A stretch of DNA of 64,000 bases from Octopus vulgaris (GCA_951406725.2 OX597827.1:56854001-56918000); one strand, 5' to 3'; shown: positions 39,300 through 51,978, counted from the first letter of the stretch. Numbers and translations: made by a program. Notes: generated from the letters alone by a model not told the origin.

Positions 39300-41008
39300 A
39301 TATATATATATACAGGTGGTGGCAAGGCTTTGTGGCAAGAAGTTTGTTTTCCATCCACATGGTTCCAGGTTTAGTATCACTGCATGGCACCTTGGGCAAA
39401 TGTCTTCTACTATAGTCTCAGACTAACCAAAGCCTTGTGAATGGATTTGATGGACAGAAATTGAAAGTAAGGTGGCAAGCTGGCAGAAACGTTAGCACGG
39501 TGGGTGAAATGCTTAGCGGTATGTCGTCTGCTGTTTCGTTCTGAGTTCAAATTCTGCTGAGGTCGACTTTGCCTTTCGTCCTTTTGTGGTCGATAAATTA
39601 AGTACCAGTTACGCACTGGGGTCGATGTAACTGACTTAATCCTTTTGTCTGTCATTGTTTGTCCCTTCTATGTTTAGCCCCTTGTGGGCAGTAAAGAAAT
39701 AAGAAATTGAAAGAAGCCTGCTATATATACAAGCACTGCAGACTAACATGACACTTGTCATTACACAGCACTCACTCCACTTCTTCTATTGAGCAATACA
39801 CCTGATAGCACGTGACTCCATTATCAGTTTTACTAGCAGTCTAACACCAGCTGTGAGTCTCCACAAAAGAAGAGAATAGAATGCCTTATGAAAGCTTTTT
39901 TCTTTATATATTGTTTTCATTCAGTTTAAAGTTGGTGTTGGTTTTTCTGAATACTGTATTTACTTCTGAAAATGCATGATTTAATAGTTACTGAATTAAT
40001 TCATAGGATATTATCAGTTCATTGGCTCATTAAATAGTAAAATTGATAACACTCTCATATAGATTAGCACTTTGTCTCTTCAGAAAATCTTTCTTTTACA
40101 ACTCATGAAGAGCATAAAATTTTGAAAGTATTTTCTGAATCTATGTTGATTACAACTGCTTAACTTGCTAGTTGAATATGTAAATGATGTTATTTGGTTG
40201 TTAATATGCAAATGACATTATTTGGTTGTGATAAAATAATAAGCTTGAAAGAGTTTGCAGATGTTTTGATAGGTTTTCAGTGAAGAAAAAAAAAAATGTT
40301 TTTTTTTCTTTTGGTTGTTTCGAAAGGAAAATATATTTCTAAAAGAATATTTTAATTTGAAAATATTGTCAGGAAATAACTTAGTTTTAATGTTGTCGAA
40401 ATGATAGAAGTAGGAAAAACATGTCTTCAAAAACATTTTAAAAGTCTTCTTTATTCAAATCTCTGAAGAGTTTTGAATTGAATTTGTTCTTGAAAATGTA
40501 AGATAAAATTTTACTGAAATAAATATTAAAAAAAAAAAAAAGAATTTATGAATTCTGTCAACGTGTAGTTAGCTTTACACAGGAACCCCTTTAAGAAGGT
40601 GGTAATCTGCAAGATAAAATTAAAAAAAAAAGAGGTAATCTGGCTACAGACAAGTGACTACAAAATACTGCTTTGAATAAGACTTCAGCTTTGACTGTTG
40701 TAATGATAAAGCATGATAAAGTACATACATCTTAACTGAAACAAACTGGATTTCATTACTTTTCCGGTATGTGATTCATTGTATGAAATTTTATTCCTGT
40801 TTCCAGAAATATTATACTACGAATTTAACTGGAAATTTTGAATACAAATGACAAGAAAATATTTCAATCAAAAAATATGTCCGATATCTGTGAGATCAAC
40901 AAAAAATAGTAGTGGATTTTTTGACTATTGCTTTTTTTTAATTATTTTATTTCTATCATTTGGAAATCATTATATTTTTATTAGTTACTTTTTTCTCTTT
41001 TCATTCAG

Positions 41009-41140
41009 ATAGTAGCAGCTGAAGACTTAATGAAAACGCCCATCATTTTTGGTGACTACCTCCGTATAGGGATTCCACTTGCACAACGTGTTTATAAACA
41101 AGTAGTAGACATGGAAAAACTGAAAAATATTTTGATACAG
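41009..41140 (+). CDS. DNAH6: Dynein heavy chain exon (IVAAEDLMKTPIIFGDY...LKNILIQ)
   Basis: ttcAG acceptor, GTtaat donor, 44 codons; nearby in-frame AGs make the acceptor slightly uncertain. Confidence 0.88.
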
Positions 41141-43563
41141 GTTAATGTCTTTTTCTTTCTTTTTTAAATAAATAATCTTTAAATCCTTTGTTACAAAATT
41201 AAAAAAAAAAAAACTATGCACTTGTTTTTGTTAATTTTGAAAATAATGAAGTATTTTGTAAAATAACTTTGTCATTGAGCTGGCATTTGGAATATAAGCT
41301 GAGATGAAATTTTGAAGGAAGGTTTTAATATAGATCACTTAAAAAGTAAGGGCTTGTATCATAGAACTAGGTATAGTCTCAAGCAGGTTAGTATTTATAG
41401 AGTTAAAACTAAGAGTAAGTTATTAGCAAAAAAAAAAAATAATAAAATGGTACATAAAAAGCACCCTCCGAACGTGGCCGATGCCAGTGCTGCCTAGACT
41501 GGCTTCTGTGCCGGTGGCATGTAAAAAGTACCATCTGAACATGGCTGATGCCAGCGAAGCCTTAACTGGCTTCTGTGCCAGTGGCACGTAAAAAGCACCA
41601 TTCCGATCATGGCCATTGCCAGCCTCGCCTGGCACCTGTGCCGGTGGCATGTAAAAGGCATCCACTACACTCACGGAGTGGTTGGTGTTAGGAAGGGCAT
41701 CCAGCTGTAGAAACACTGCCAGATCAGACTGGAGCCTGGTGCAGCCTTCTGGCTTCCCAGATCCCCTGTCGAACCGTCCAACCCATGTTAGCATGGAGAA
41801 CGGACGTTAAACGATGATGATGATGATGATGATGATGATGTTGTTCATCCCCAAGCCATGACTAATTGAACAAAACTATGATCATAGACATTCTTGCTGC
41901 GACCATCCTGTCCCATCTTTTTAAGTGACTTAGAACTACAATGTTTAACACATCCAAGGGAGATTTATCTGATATTTCTTGCAGGTTGAGCAAGTTTGTA
42001 GAGTTTTGTTGATTGGTTCAAGTTTGTTTTCGTTTTCATAGGTGCAGGTGTGGGTGTGTGGTAAGAAGCTTGCTTTCCAACCACATAGTTCCGGGTTCAG
42101 TTCCACTGTGATACACCTTGGGCAAGTGTCTTCTACTGTAGTCTTGGGCCGACCAAAGCCTTGTCATAGATTTTGTAGATGGAAGCTGAAAGAAGCCTGA
42201 CATGTGTGTGTGTGTCTTTGTGTCTGCATTTGTCCCTGCATTTGTCCCCCACCACTGCTTGACAACCAGCGTTGGTTTGTTTATGTCCCTGTAACTTAGC
42301 AGTTCGGCAAAAGACACTGATAGAATAAGTATTGAGGTTGATTTGTTTGGCTAAAATTCCTCAAGGCAGTGCCCGAGTGTGGCAATCCCATGATTTTATT
42401 GACAGTCTAACGACTGTTAATAAAGCTGTTTATAAAATGCTGACAACATCAATAGGAAAATACTAGGATTTGGAATTTGCCATAATCATATAAGAGGGTG
42501 ATATCTAACTGGTGGGTTTATCTTTACCCTAAGATGAAAGGAATATAAGTTTCAAGCATTCATTATGTGAATTGTTGAAATAATTTTGTGAGCTATTGCT
42601 TGTCGTGTGATGTATATGGAAGATAACAGGTGACTAAAGAAATATCTAGCAATCTAAGCAGAAGGAACCTGTGGTTGAGGACAGTCAAACTTAAGAAGTG
42701 GTGAAGGTTGATTCCAGAAGATCAATCCTTATCCTTATGCGAATGATAAAGGACTGCAGCAGGTGGTAAATATACTGTACTGAAAAAGACTCATACAACC
42801 CTTACAAGCATGGATAAAAGAACATATAATAATACATGTTAATTTTGGCGTGAGGTTAGTAATTTTGAGTGGAGGGGGAAGTCGATAAGATTGACTGTTC
42901 AACTGGTACTTATTAAGTTCAAATTCTGTTGAGGTTGACTTTGTCTTAAATTTTTTTTTTTTTTTGGTGGTAGGGTGTCAATAAAATGATACCAGTTCAG
43001 CACTGGGGTCAATGGAACCGTTTTTAGGAAACATCAGCAAGTAGTTGTATTTCTAGATAAGCCTATAATTTTATCACCTACAAGAGTCATGTACCGGCAC
43101 TACATAAAAAACACTCATGCTGGTGCCACATAAAAGTGTTTGTGTGGTGCCAGATAAAAGCATCCAGCACACTCTGTAAAGTGGTGGGTGTTAGGAAGGG
43201 CATCCAGCTGTAGAAGCCATGCCGAATCAGGCTAGAACTTGAGCAGATCTCCAGCTTGCCAGCTCTGCTAAAACCATCCAACTCATGCCAGCATAGAAAA
43301 CAGTTGTCAAATGAGGATGATGATGAATTTTGTTGTTATTTCACAGGAGTCTGAGACATAAATTTAAACGAAATTTTAGGAGGGTATTTTTAACTGAGAT
43401 CATTTTAAAACTCTAAGTTTATACCATAGATCCAAGGATGGTCTTGGTGGGATTAGTATCAAAAGGATTAAAGAAAATACTTCATCTTTGCCTTAACATA
43501 TCTTACTTACAATATACCATTCCTACTTCACTAAAACATTTAAAAAATTTTCTCTTACCACAG

Positions 43564-43724
43564 TATCTAGATGACTTCAATTTACAATCTCCCAAAGAAA
43601 TGAAGTTGGTCTTTTTCACTGATGCAATTTCCCATATTTCTCGTATTATTCGGATTATCAGACAGAACCGAGGCAATGCTTTACTTGTAGGTGTTGGTGG
43701 TGTTGGCAAGCAATCTCTGACCAA
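43564..43724 (+). CDS. DNAH6: Dynein heavy chain exon (YLDDFN...[18 protein letters not shown]), AAA4 Walker A
   Basis: cAG acceptor, GTaagc donor, phase 0/2. Confidence 0.95.
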
Positions 43725-44761
43725 GTAAGCAACTATATAATATTTGTCTTAAATTTCTGCAAGATTAGAATATTTTTTTGTGCTCAAACATACTAAACGT
43801 GACTTTACATGAGTAAAACTTATTTGTGTGACCTTATTTATTTAATTCTAGCTTGACCAATTTTACGCACATCAGCAAACAAACTGTATTCTGTTTAATA
43901 AGAAGAACTTTATTCTTATCAGGCTGTGAATGACAGACTTGGTGCTTGTAGCTGATGAAGCAAAAAGATGTCGAAACACATGCATCCTATGATCCAGTGA
44001 CATTATTCACAGCCCAAAATGTGTTTTCACACATGTCTAGGAGTAAAATTTTCTCCTGGGACTGTTTCTGCAGTGGAAGGTCTTATCATGTCTGAATACT
44101 CTTGACTGTGTTAAATATGACTTTACCCATATATATTTTATTCAATGCTATATGTAACATTAATTACTTAGACTTATGTATCCCTGTTGTACAATTAATG
44201 AGTTTTGTCAATTAAAATATAGTGACTGGAATTTATATTTTTCCTTACATAGAAAGACCACATATTTTCATTCTTTCATTCTTTCCTTAAGTTCTTCATA
44301 TCAATGACTTAATGAAAGTTTTTATGGACATCATTTCCATGACATATTGCTATCCATGAGGTAATTAGGGTGTCACTAAAGACCTATTGCTTATATATTG
44401 ATTTAGCAGAAACAGTCAAAATGTTTTTTCCCTGTTATCTTTGTGTGTGTGAAAAAAAATTGAGCTCAGCATTAAAAATTGGTTCAGAAGCTCACTTTGA
44501 ACCTAATTAGCTTGAGGTTCAGTCCCACTGTGTGGCACCTTGGGCTAGTGCCTTCTACTATAGTCCCAGGCCAACCATTTACTAAACCTTGTTCAGAATA
44601 GACGGACAAAATTCATACTAATGATTCTGCCAGCTTGCCAGTTGACTAATAAATAAAACCAATGAGTGTGTCATTTATTATTGGCATAATGACCCTTCTG
44701 AAATGCAACAATGTGGAAGCTTGGCTTGCTGTGTGTGTGTGTGTGTGTGTGAGTGTGTGTG

Positions 44762-45146
44762 CAGAGGCGCAATGGCCCAGTGGTTAGGGCAGCGGACTCG
44801 CGGTCATAGGATCGCGGTTTCGATTCCCAGACCGGGCGTTGTGAGTGTTTATTGAGCGAAAACACCTAAAGCTCCACGAGGCTCCGGCAGGGATGGTGGT
44901 GATCCCTGCTGTACTCTTTCACCACAACTTTCTCTCACTCTTACTTCCTGTTTCTGTTGTACCTGTAATTCAAAGGGCCGGCCTTGTCACTCTCTGTGTC
45001 ACGCTGAATATCCCCGAGAACTACGTTAAGGGTACACGTGTCTGTGGAGTGCTCAGCCACTTACACGTTAATTTCATGAGCAGGCTGTTCCGTTGATTCG
45101 GATCAACCGGAACCCTCATCGTCGTAACCGACGGAGTGCTTCCACC
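44762..45146 (+). mobile_element. tRNA-derived SINE, near-identical to 53156-53542
   Basis: Very high identity by eye; inserted in a (TG)n tract. Confidence 0.85.
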
Positions 45147-45722
45147 AGTGTGTGTGTGTATTGGTAAGGAATGACTAAAACTGGTGTGGTGAGCAAAATT
45201 ACCTTATGATAGTTAGTTTTGACATTTTTACCAAAGAAGACTTGTCCTTTCATTATTAGAAGATCAATAAAAGATGTATTAGACTTGTGGCACTCAATCA
45301 GTGTCTAGATGGCCCTTGCAGGGTCCACATAAGATTTCACTGTTGAAATTTATGTGCAATAAATTCCTCATACTTCTTCAACACACAAAATATTTTAACA
45401 ATTTTTTAATACAATTCCTAATAATATTTAATTTTCAAAATATAATGGGACTTTTTCTAAACAGTCAATGGCTTATGGAGGTCCAGTTGAGTAAAATGGA
45501 AACCAAAGGGGTCCACAGGCAAAAAAGTGGTTGAGGATCACTGTATTAGACAAATTGCTAGGGTTGATATTATCAATTAAAATCTATGTATGTTGTACCA
45601 CAGCATTGCTGCATTCCCACATTCCAGTGATTGAAATTAGTAAAAGAATAAAAGAATAAAAGAATACTATAATTTTGTTTCTTTATCTCTCTCGCACTCT
45701 CTCTGTCTCTTCTTATTTCTAG

Positions 45723-45873
45723 GTTGGCTGCCCATATTTGTGGTTATCAGTGTTTTCAGATTGAACTTAGGCGTGGCTATGATTATGTGGCTTTCCGTGA
45801 TGATTTGAAAAAGTTATATGAGCTGGCTGGGTGCAAAAGTGAAAACATTGTCTTCTTATTTAACGATACCCAG
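45723..45873 (+). CDS. DNAH6: Dynein heavy chain exon (LAAHICGYQCFQIEL...VFLFNDTQ)
   Basis: ctAG acceptor, GTatgt donor, phase 2/0. Confidence 0.95.
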
Positions 45874-45905
45874 GTATGTATATGTGTGTGTGCGTGTGTG
45901 AGTAT

Positions 45906-45937
<32 letters not shown>

Positions 45938-46078
45938 TAACATTAATGTCCATTTTCCATGCTGCTGTTGGTTGGACAGCTTGACAGGAACTGCCAAGAC
46001 CAGTGGCTACACCAGGTTCCATACTCTATTTTGGGTTGGTTTATACAGCTGGATGCCCTTCCTCATGTCAACCACTTT

Positions 46079-46123
<45 letters not shown>

Positions 46124-46247
46124 AGCATACATATACATACACACATATATATATATCTGTATATCATCATCATCATTGTTTAATGTCTGTTTTCCATGCA
46201 CAAACAAACAAAAAGGAACGCAGTGTAAATAACGGACAGAGTCGAGA

Positions 46248-46284
46248 CTATTGAAAAGGTTGCAAGACGCAACGAAAATTTTAG
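46248..46284 (+). ncRNA. Minimal hammerhead-like motif with U3-A8 core
   Basis: cta-TTGAAAA-g gttgc aagac gcaac-GAAA-at-TT-tag. Confidence 0.5.
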
Positions 46285-47169
46285 GAAAATAAAAATAAGA
46301 AATAAGTGGAAATTTTACGGGTGAGTGTGTTACATTATAGGGCACAAAAAGAAAATGAGTCTCTCCAGACACAACAGAATGTACTTAGAAAGCCCTTCCT
46401 CATTTATTAAGACAATTAGAGAATTACACAAGAATAAGTTGGTTAAGTAAGCAAAATCACAGTTCCTTGCTATGGGTATGATATCACTATCCCAGAGGGC
46501 CTAAGTTTAATTTGAAGATAAATTTGATGTGAGAAGATATCTAAATGAAAAACAAAAGAGGAGCAGGGAACTGGTAGGTTTCCTGTTTTCTAGTCCATAA
46601 GGTGTGATAGTCAAAAGATATCAAGCTCAAATGTCTAATTAAAAAAAAACTAGGTCGAAAAGAAGTCAATGTGGTTAATTTGGCTCATATGACAAGTGTG
46701 TTACACACGTGTCTGTTTTTTTCTAGTACCCAATAGGAAAAGCAGATAAATTTATCTGGCGTGCTGTTTGTTATATGTATCAGTAATGTGTCAGTGTTTT
46801 ATAACATCATTTTTAATTGCATTTATAATTTTCTTCTGAAACTTAGCTACATTTGTTCTTTTGATTTAAATCTCTTATTTCATGTGTGTATGTATTTTGT
46901 ATGTTTGTGCATGTGAGCACATTTACTTCATTAATACATGTATGCATTTACTTCACTAATACATGTATGTATATATATATATATGTATACCCACGCACAT
47001 GCACACATACATCAGACAGAAACTAGTATACATGTATACACAGTTACATGTGTGTCTGTGTGTGTGTGTGCATGCACATATCTTTTAGTTCTTCCTTAGG
47101 AATTTAATTAGGCAACCGTGTTTGTATAAAAATTTATTAATTATAGCTTTAATCATTTGTTAAAATTAG

Positions 47170-47351
47170 ATTGTGATGGAAGAATTTCTGGAGGACATAA
47201 ATAATATGTTAAATTCTGGAGAAGTTCCAAACCTTCTGGAAGCAGAAGATAATGAAAAACTGATTAACGCCTGTCGACCCGCTGCCAAAGACGTTGGTAT
47301 TCCAGAACAGAACAGAGATTTAGTACTTAACTATGCTATTAATTTAGTCCG
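47170..47351 (+). CDS. DNAH6: Dynein heavy chain exon (IVMEEFLEDINNMLNSGEVPNL...INLVR)
   Basis: ttAG acceptor, GTgaga donor, phase 0/2. Confidence 0.95.
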
Positions 47352-47660
47352 GTGAGATTTCGTTCAATAATTCATATTTCATTCTTGAAAATAATAGACA
47401 AAAATACTCGGATTTAATAACCCTTCCATTTAATTATTAATATGGTTATGTGTATGTTAACTGCAGCAATTGAAGACTATGTTAAACAATAAACCAGGTG
47501 AAAAGATTGCATTTGTGGCTGTGTGGTAAGAAGCTTGCTTCCCAACTACATGGTTTCAGGTTCAGTCCTACTGCATTGCATCTTGGGAAAGTGTCTTCTG
47601 CTATAGTCTTGGGCCTTGTAAGTTGATTTTGGAAACAGAAACTGAAAGAAGCCTATCATG

Positions 47661-47695
<35 letters not shown>

Positions 47696-47696
<1 letters not shown>

Positions 47697-47995
47697 AGGA
47701 AATGAAGAAAATGCTGACAAAATAATTTAAGTAAGGGAGAGTGTATTTAATTAGGTGAAAGTTCTTTTTACCGGTTGCACATTTGTTATGCTTATCAAAA
47801 GATATTTTTTTAAGAGAGATAGAGTTTCTTTCTGATAGATAAGAGAAAAAAATCTATCAGAAAGGAACTCTATCTCTCTTAAAAAATATCTTTTGATAAG
47901 CATAACAAATGCGCAACCGGTAAAAAGAACTTTCATCTAATTAAATACACTCTCCCTTACTTAAATTATTTTGTCAGCATTTTCTTCATTTCCTT
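47696..47995. repeat. Near-perfect palindrome (~145-bp arms, 11-nt loop) in the (TA)n tract of a family B SINE
   Basis: 47696-47840 versus 47852-47995. Confidence 0.95.
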
Positions 47996-48641
47996 TTTTT
48001 ATATATCACAACTCGTTTTTTAAATATATATATATATATATATACATGTGTGTGTGTATCTTTGAGTCTGTGTTTGTTTTCCACTACTGTTGGTGTGCTT
48101 ATGTGCTCATAACTTAGAGGTTCAGCAAAAGAGATCAATAGGATAAGTAACAGGCTTGAGAAAAAAAAATGTTCTGGGGCCAATTTATTTGACTAAAAAT
48201 TCTCCAAGGCAGTGCTCCAGCATGGCCACAATCAAATGACTGAAACAACTAAAAGATGAAAAATAAATGCTCTAATGGTTCTACCAACTCATGTTGCTAT
48301 TATGATTTCTGATTTCGGTACAAGGCCTGCAAGTTTGAGTGGGAGGGTTTGGTCAATATCAACAACTCCAGTACTTGACTGGTTTACTTTGTTTTATTGA
48401 TCTTGAAGGCAGAGCTATCTTAGCTGCATTATGAGACCTGAAGCAAATCATTACACTGAGCCCTATAATGTTTATTTATTGACAACAAGTCCTGGCATAC
48501 TTAGATCAGAATTTGGCCCCTGTACCCAAGAGGACCCCAGGCAACAGTCCAGTGCACCTTTACCTGAAGAGTTGGAAGGCAAAGATAACCCTAACAGGAT
48601 TTGAAGTCAGGAGTGAATAATTATTGATGTATATGCTTAAT

Positions 48642-48683
<42 letters not shown>

Positions 48684-48958
48684 GTGGTGAGTGAGCAGAA
48701 CCATTAGCATGCCAGGTAAAATGCCTAGTGGAATTTTGTCCTGCTTTACATTCGGAGTTCAAATTCTGCCAAGGATGACTTTACCTTTCATCCTTTTGAG
48801 ATTGATAAAATAAATACCAGTTGAATATTGGGTTCAATGTAATTGACTCAACCCACTTCCCTTGAAGTTGCAGGCCTTGTGCTAAAATCTGAAACCAGTC
48901 TATATATATATATATTTGTTTTATTTTTTAAGATAGTGAGTAGCAGACTATTAGCACA

Positions 48959-49378
48959 CGAAAGGCAGCAACTGGCAGAAACGTTAGCACGCCGGGCAAA
49001 ATGCCTAATGGTATTTCGTTTGCCGTTACTTTCTGAGTTCAAATTCTGCCGAGGTCGACTTTGCCTTTCATCTTTTGGGGTCGATAAATTAAGTACCAAT
49101 TATGCACTGGAGTCAATGTAATCGACTTAATCCCTTTGTCCGTCCTTGTTTGTCCTCTCTGTGTTTAGCCCCTTGTGGGTAGTAAAGCAATAGGTTTTTC
49201 GTCTGCCGTTACGTTCTGAGTTCAAATCCCGCCGAGGTCGACTTTGCCTGTCATCCTTTTGGGGTTGATAAATTAAGTACCAGTTATGCACTGGAGTCAA
49301 TGTAATCGACTTAATCCCTTTGTCTGTTCTTGTTTGTCCCCTCTATGTTTAGCCCTTTGTGGGCAATGAAGAAATAAG
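48959..49378 (+). mobile_element. SINE family A, dimeric copy
   Basis: TSD actattagcacac; duplicated ~180-bp body; nested in an older copy of the same family. Confidence 0.8.
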
Positions 49379-49621
49379 AACTATTAGCACACCAAGCAAA
49401 ATACTCAGTGGCATTTCATCTGTCCTTAATGTTCTGGGTTCAAATTTCACTGAAGTCGATTTTGCCTTTCATCCTTTTGGGGACAGTGAAACACATACCT
49501 GTTACACACTGGGGTCGATGTAACTGACTAGCCCCCTCTCACCAAATTTCAGGCCTTGTGCTTATTATAGTAAGGAATATTTTTGTATTGTATGTATTTT
49601 TTTTTATTTCCATCATAACAG

Positions 49622-49808
49622 GAAAAACCTCCATATTGTACTCTGCATGAGTCCGGTCGGAACAGCTTTTAGATCACGATGCCGCATGTTTCCATCTCTA
49701 GTGAACTGTTGCTCCATTGACTGGTTCACTGAGTGGCCTGAAGAAGCTTTATATTCTGTGGCTGAACTTTTTTTCGAAGAGGCAGATACATCTGTACAAA
49801 GCATGAGT
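49622..49808 (+). CDS. DNAH6: Dynein heavy chain exon (KNLHIVLCMSPVG...FPSLVNCCSIDWF...QSMS)
   Basis: acAG acceptor, GTaggt donor, phase 2/0 matching the next exon. Confidence 0.93.
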
Positions 49809-49839
49809 GTAGGTCTTTTTTTCTTTTTTTTTCTTTTTA

Positions 49840-50148
49840 ACAATTGCAGCGTGGAAGGTGTTTATAAGCCATTTAAGAAACACACAAAAACCGTTAGATT
49901 CACTTCAACATTTAAATTTAATTTGTCAAATTATTTTCGTCACTTTCAGACCACGACCTGTTCACTGACAAAATTCTGTGCTGCATCATGTTTCCAAAGG
50001 ATACAGCATGGAATTTTGTCAGTGAACAGGTCACTGTCTCAAAGCGATGAAAATAATTTGACAAATTCAATTTAAATGTTGAAGTGAATCTAACGGTTTT
50101 TGTGTGTTTCTGAAATGGCTTATAAACACCTTCCACGCTGCAATTGTT
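49840..50148. repeat. Inverted repeat (~145-bp arms) 30 nt downstream of an exon
   Basis: aacaattgcagcgtggaagg ... ccttccacgctgcaattgtt; single-arm copy at 21736-21938. Confidence 0.93.
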
Positions 50149-50332
50149 TTCGTTCCAGCACACAATCTCAGATCAGGTTACTTGCTATGCAAGTACATCT
50201 CCGTAATTCTTTTTAACATTTCATGCAAAACCAATTCTTTGTCCAAATTTTGTCCATTTTTTTTTGTATATGACAGTCATGAAATTCATTGTAAAATGTA
50301 AATTATAAGATCGCTTCTATAAAAAAAATATT

Positions 50333-50571
50333 GGCGATCTTTCGTTTTGACTTGAAATAATGTAAGCAATGAATTCGGTGGTTTCCATGACCACATGTTG
50401 TCTTGTCAATTGTCAGTTGGGAAGAGAAAGTTAATGGGTTGTGCATGCGTGCTTGTTCCTCTGTGTGTGTGTGTGTGTGTGTGCATGTTTGTTCCTCTGT
50501 GTGTTATTTCTACATTCCACAACATATAAATACATAAAAACAGAACAGACACACACATACACAGAAAAACA

Positions 50572-50611
<40 letters not shown>

Positions 50612-50752
50612 CACGCAAGCATGCACACAAACACGAGTAAGTGCACACACACAACCCGTTTCTCTTCCCAAATGACAGTTGACCAGACATGTGGTCACGA
50701 AAACCACCGAATTCATTGTTTACATTAATTCGAGTCAAAACGAAAGATCGCC
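50333..50752. mobile_element. Fold-back MITE with GG termini and 8-bp TSD (Merlin- or MULE-like)
   Basis: ggcgatctttcgttttgact ... agtcaaaacgaaagatcgcc, inverted arms longer than 110 bp, TSD aaaatatt on both sides. Confidence 0.8.
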
Positions 50753-51940
50753 AAAATATTTTAAACAAATACTTCCAATAGAGTGGTGGTTAGTTCATGT
50801 TATTCTCTAAGGAGCATAGGGTCAATTTTCTCAGCTTCTCTTGCTATACATTCCTCCCTGGACAGGACCCTGGCCTGTTGCAGGATTACTCATTCTTACA
50901 AGCTGAGTGGACTGGAGCAACATGAAATGAAGTGTTTTGCTCAAGAACATAATGCATCTTCTGGTCCAGGAATTGAAACCACAATCTTACGATCATGAGT
51001 CCAACACCCTAACAACTGAGCCATGTGCCTCCACTCTCAATAGGTTAGTTTCCCTGGATATCACCAGCATCATCAGCCCCCAACCTCTTCCTCCTTTCTT
51101 CCTCTCTTCTTCTTCCTCTCGTCTTCTTCCCCTCATCCTCCTAGTCCTCTCCCTCATGCAAACAGTGTCCTTTGTTTTTAATCTTCTCAGACATGCTTGG
51201 CCATGGGAAATATTACTTTATCTGGAAACTGGTGAGAGTTGGTAACTGAAGGGCCAGCTGGTTGTTGAAAATCTGCCTCAAAACATTATCTGACTCATGC
51301 GAGCATTAAATAATAATGATGATGATATATGTATATAGGCGCAGGCATGGTTTTGTAGTAAGAAGCTTGCTTCCAAATCATGTGGTTCCGGGTTCAGTCT
51401 CACTGTGTGGCACCTCGGGTAAGTATCGTCCACTATAACTTCAGGCCGACCAAAGCCTTGTGAGTAGATTTGGTAGATGAAAACTGAAAGAAGCCTGTCG
51501 TATATATATATTTGTTAATTGTGTCTGTGTTTGTCTCCCACCATCACTTGACAACTGATGTTGGGGTGTTTATGTCTCCGTCACCTAGTGGTTTGGCAAA
51601 AAGAGACCAATAGAATAAGTACTAGGCTTACAAATAATAAGTCCTGGGGTCGAATTGTTTGACTAAAGATGGTGCTCCAGTATGACCATAGTCAAATGAC
51701 TGAAACAAGTAAAAGAATAAAAGAATAAAAGAATATATATATATAGTTAATCCAAACATGGAAATACAAAGATAAAACACAACAACGCAAGGACGTGGAA
51801 CAAGTATAGTATTATTGGATGCTCAGGAAAGAAGGAGGGTTTAACGTTTTGAGCAGAGCTCTTTGTCAGAAACATAGGAAAAGAAAAGATCCAAAGAAGG
51901 GAAGACGGAGGAAAAAAATTGCCAACGGTACACACGTGGT

Positions 51941-51978
<38 letters not shown>

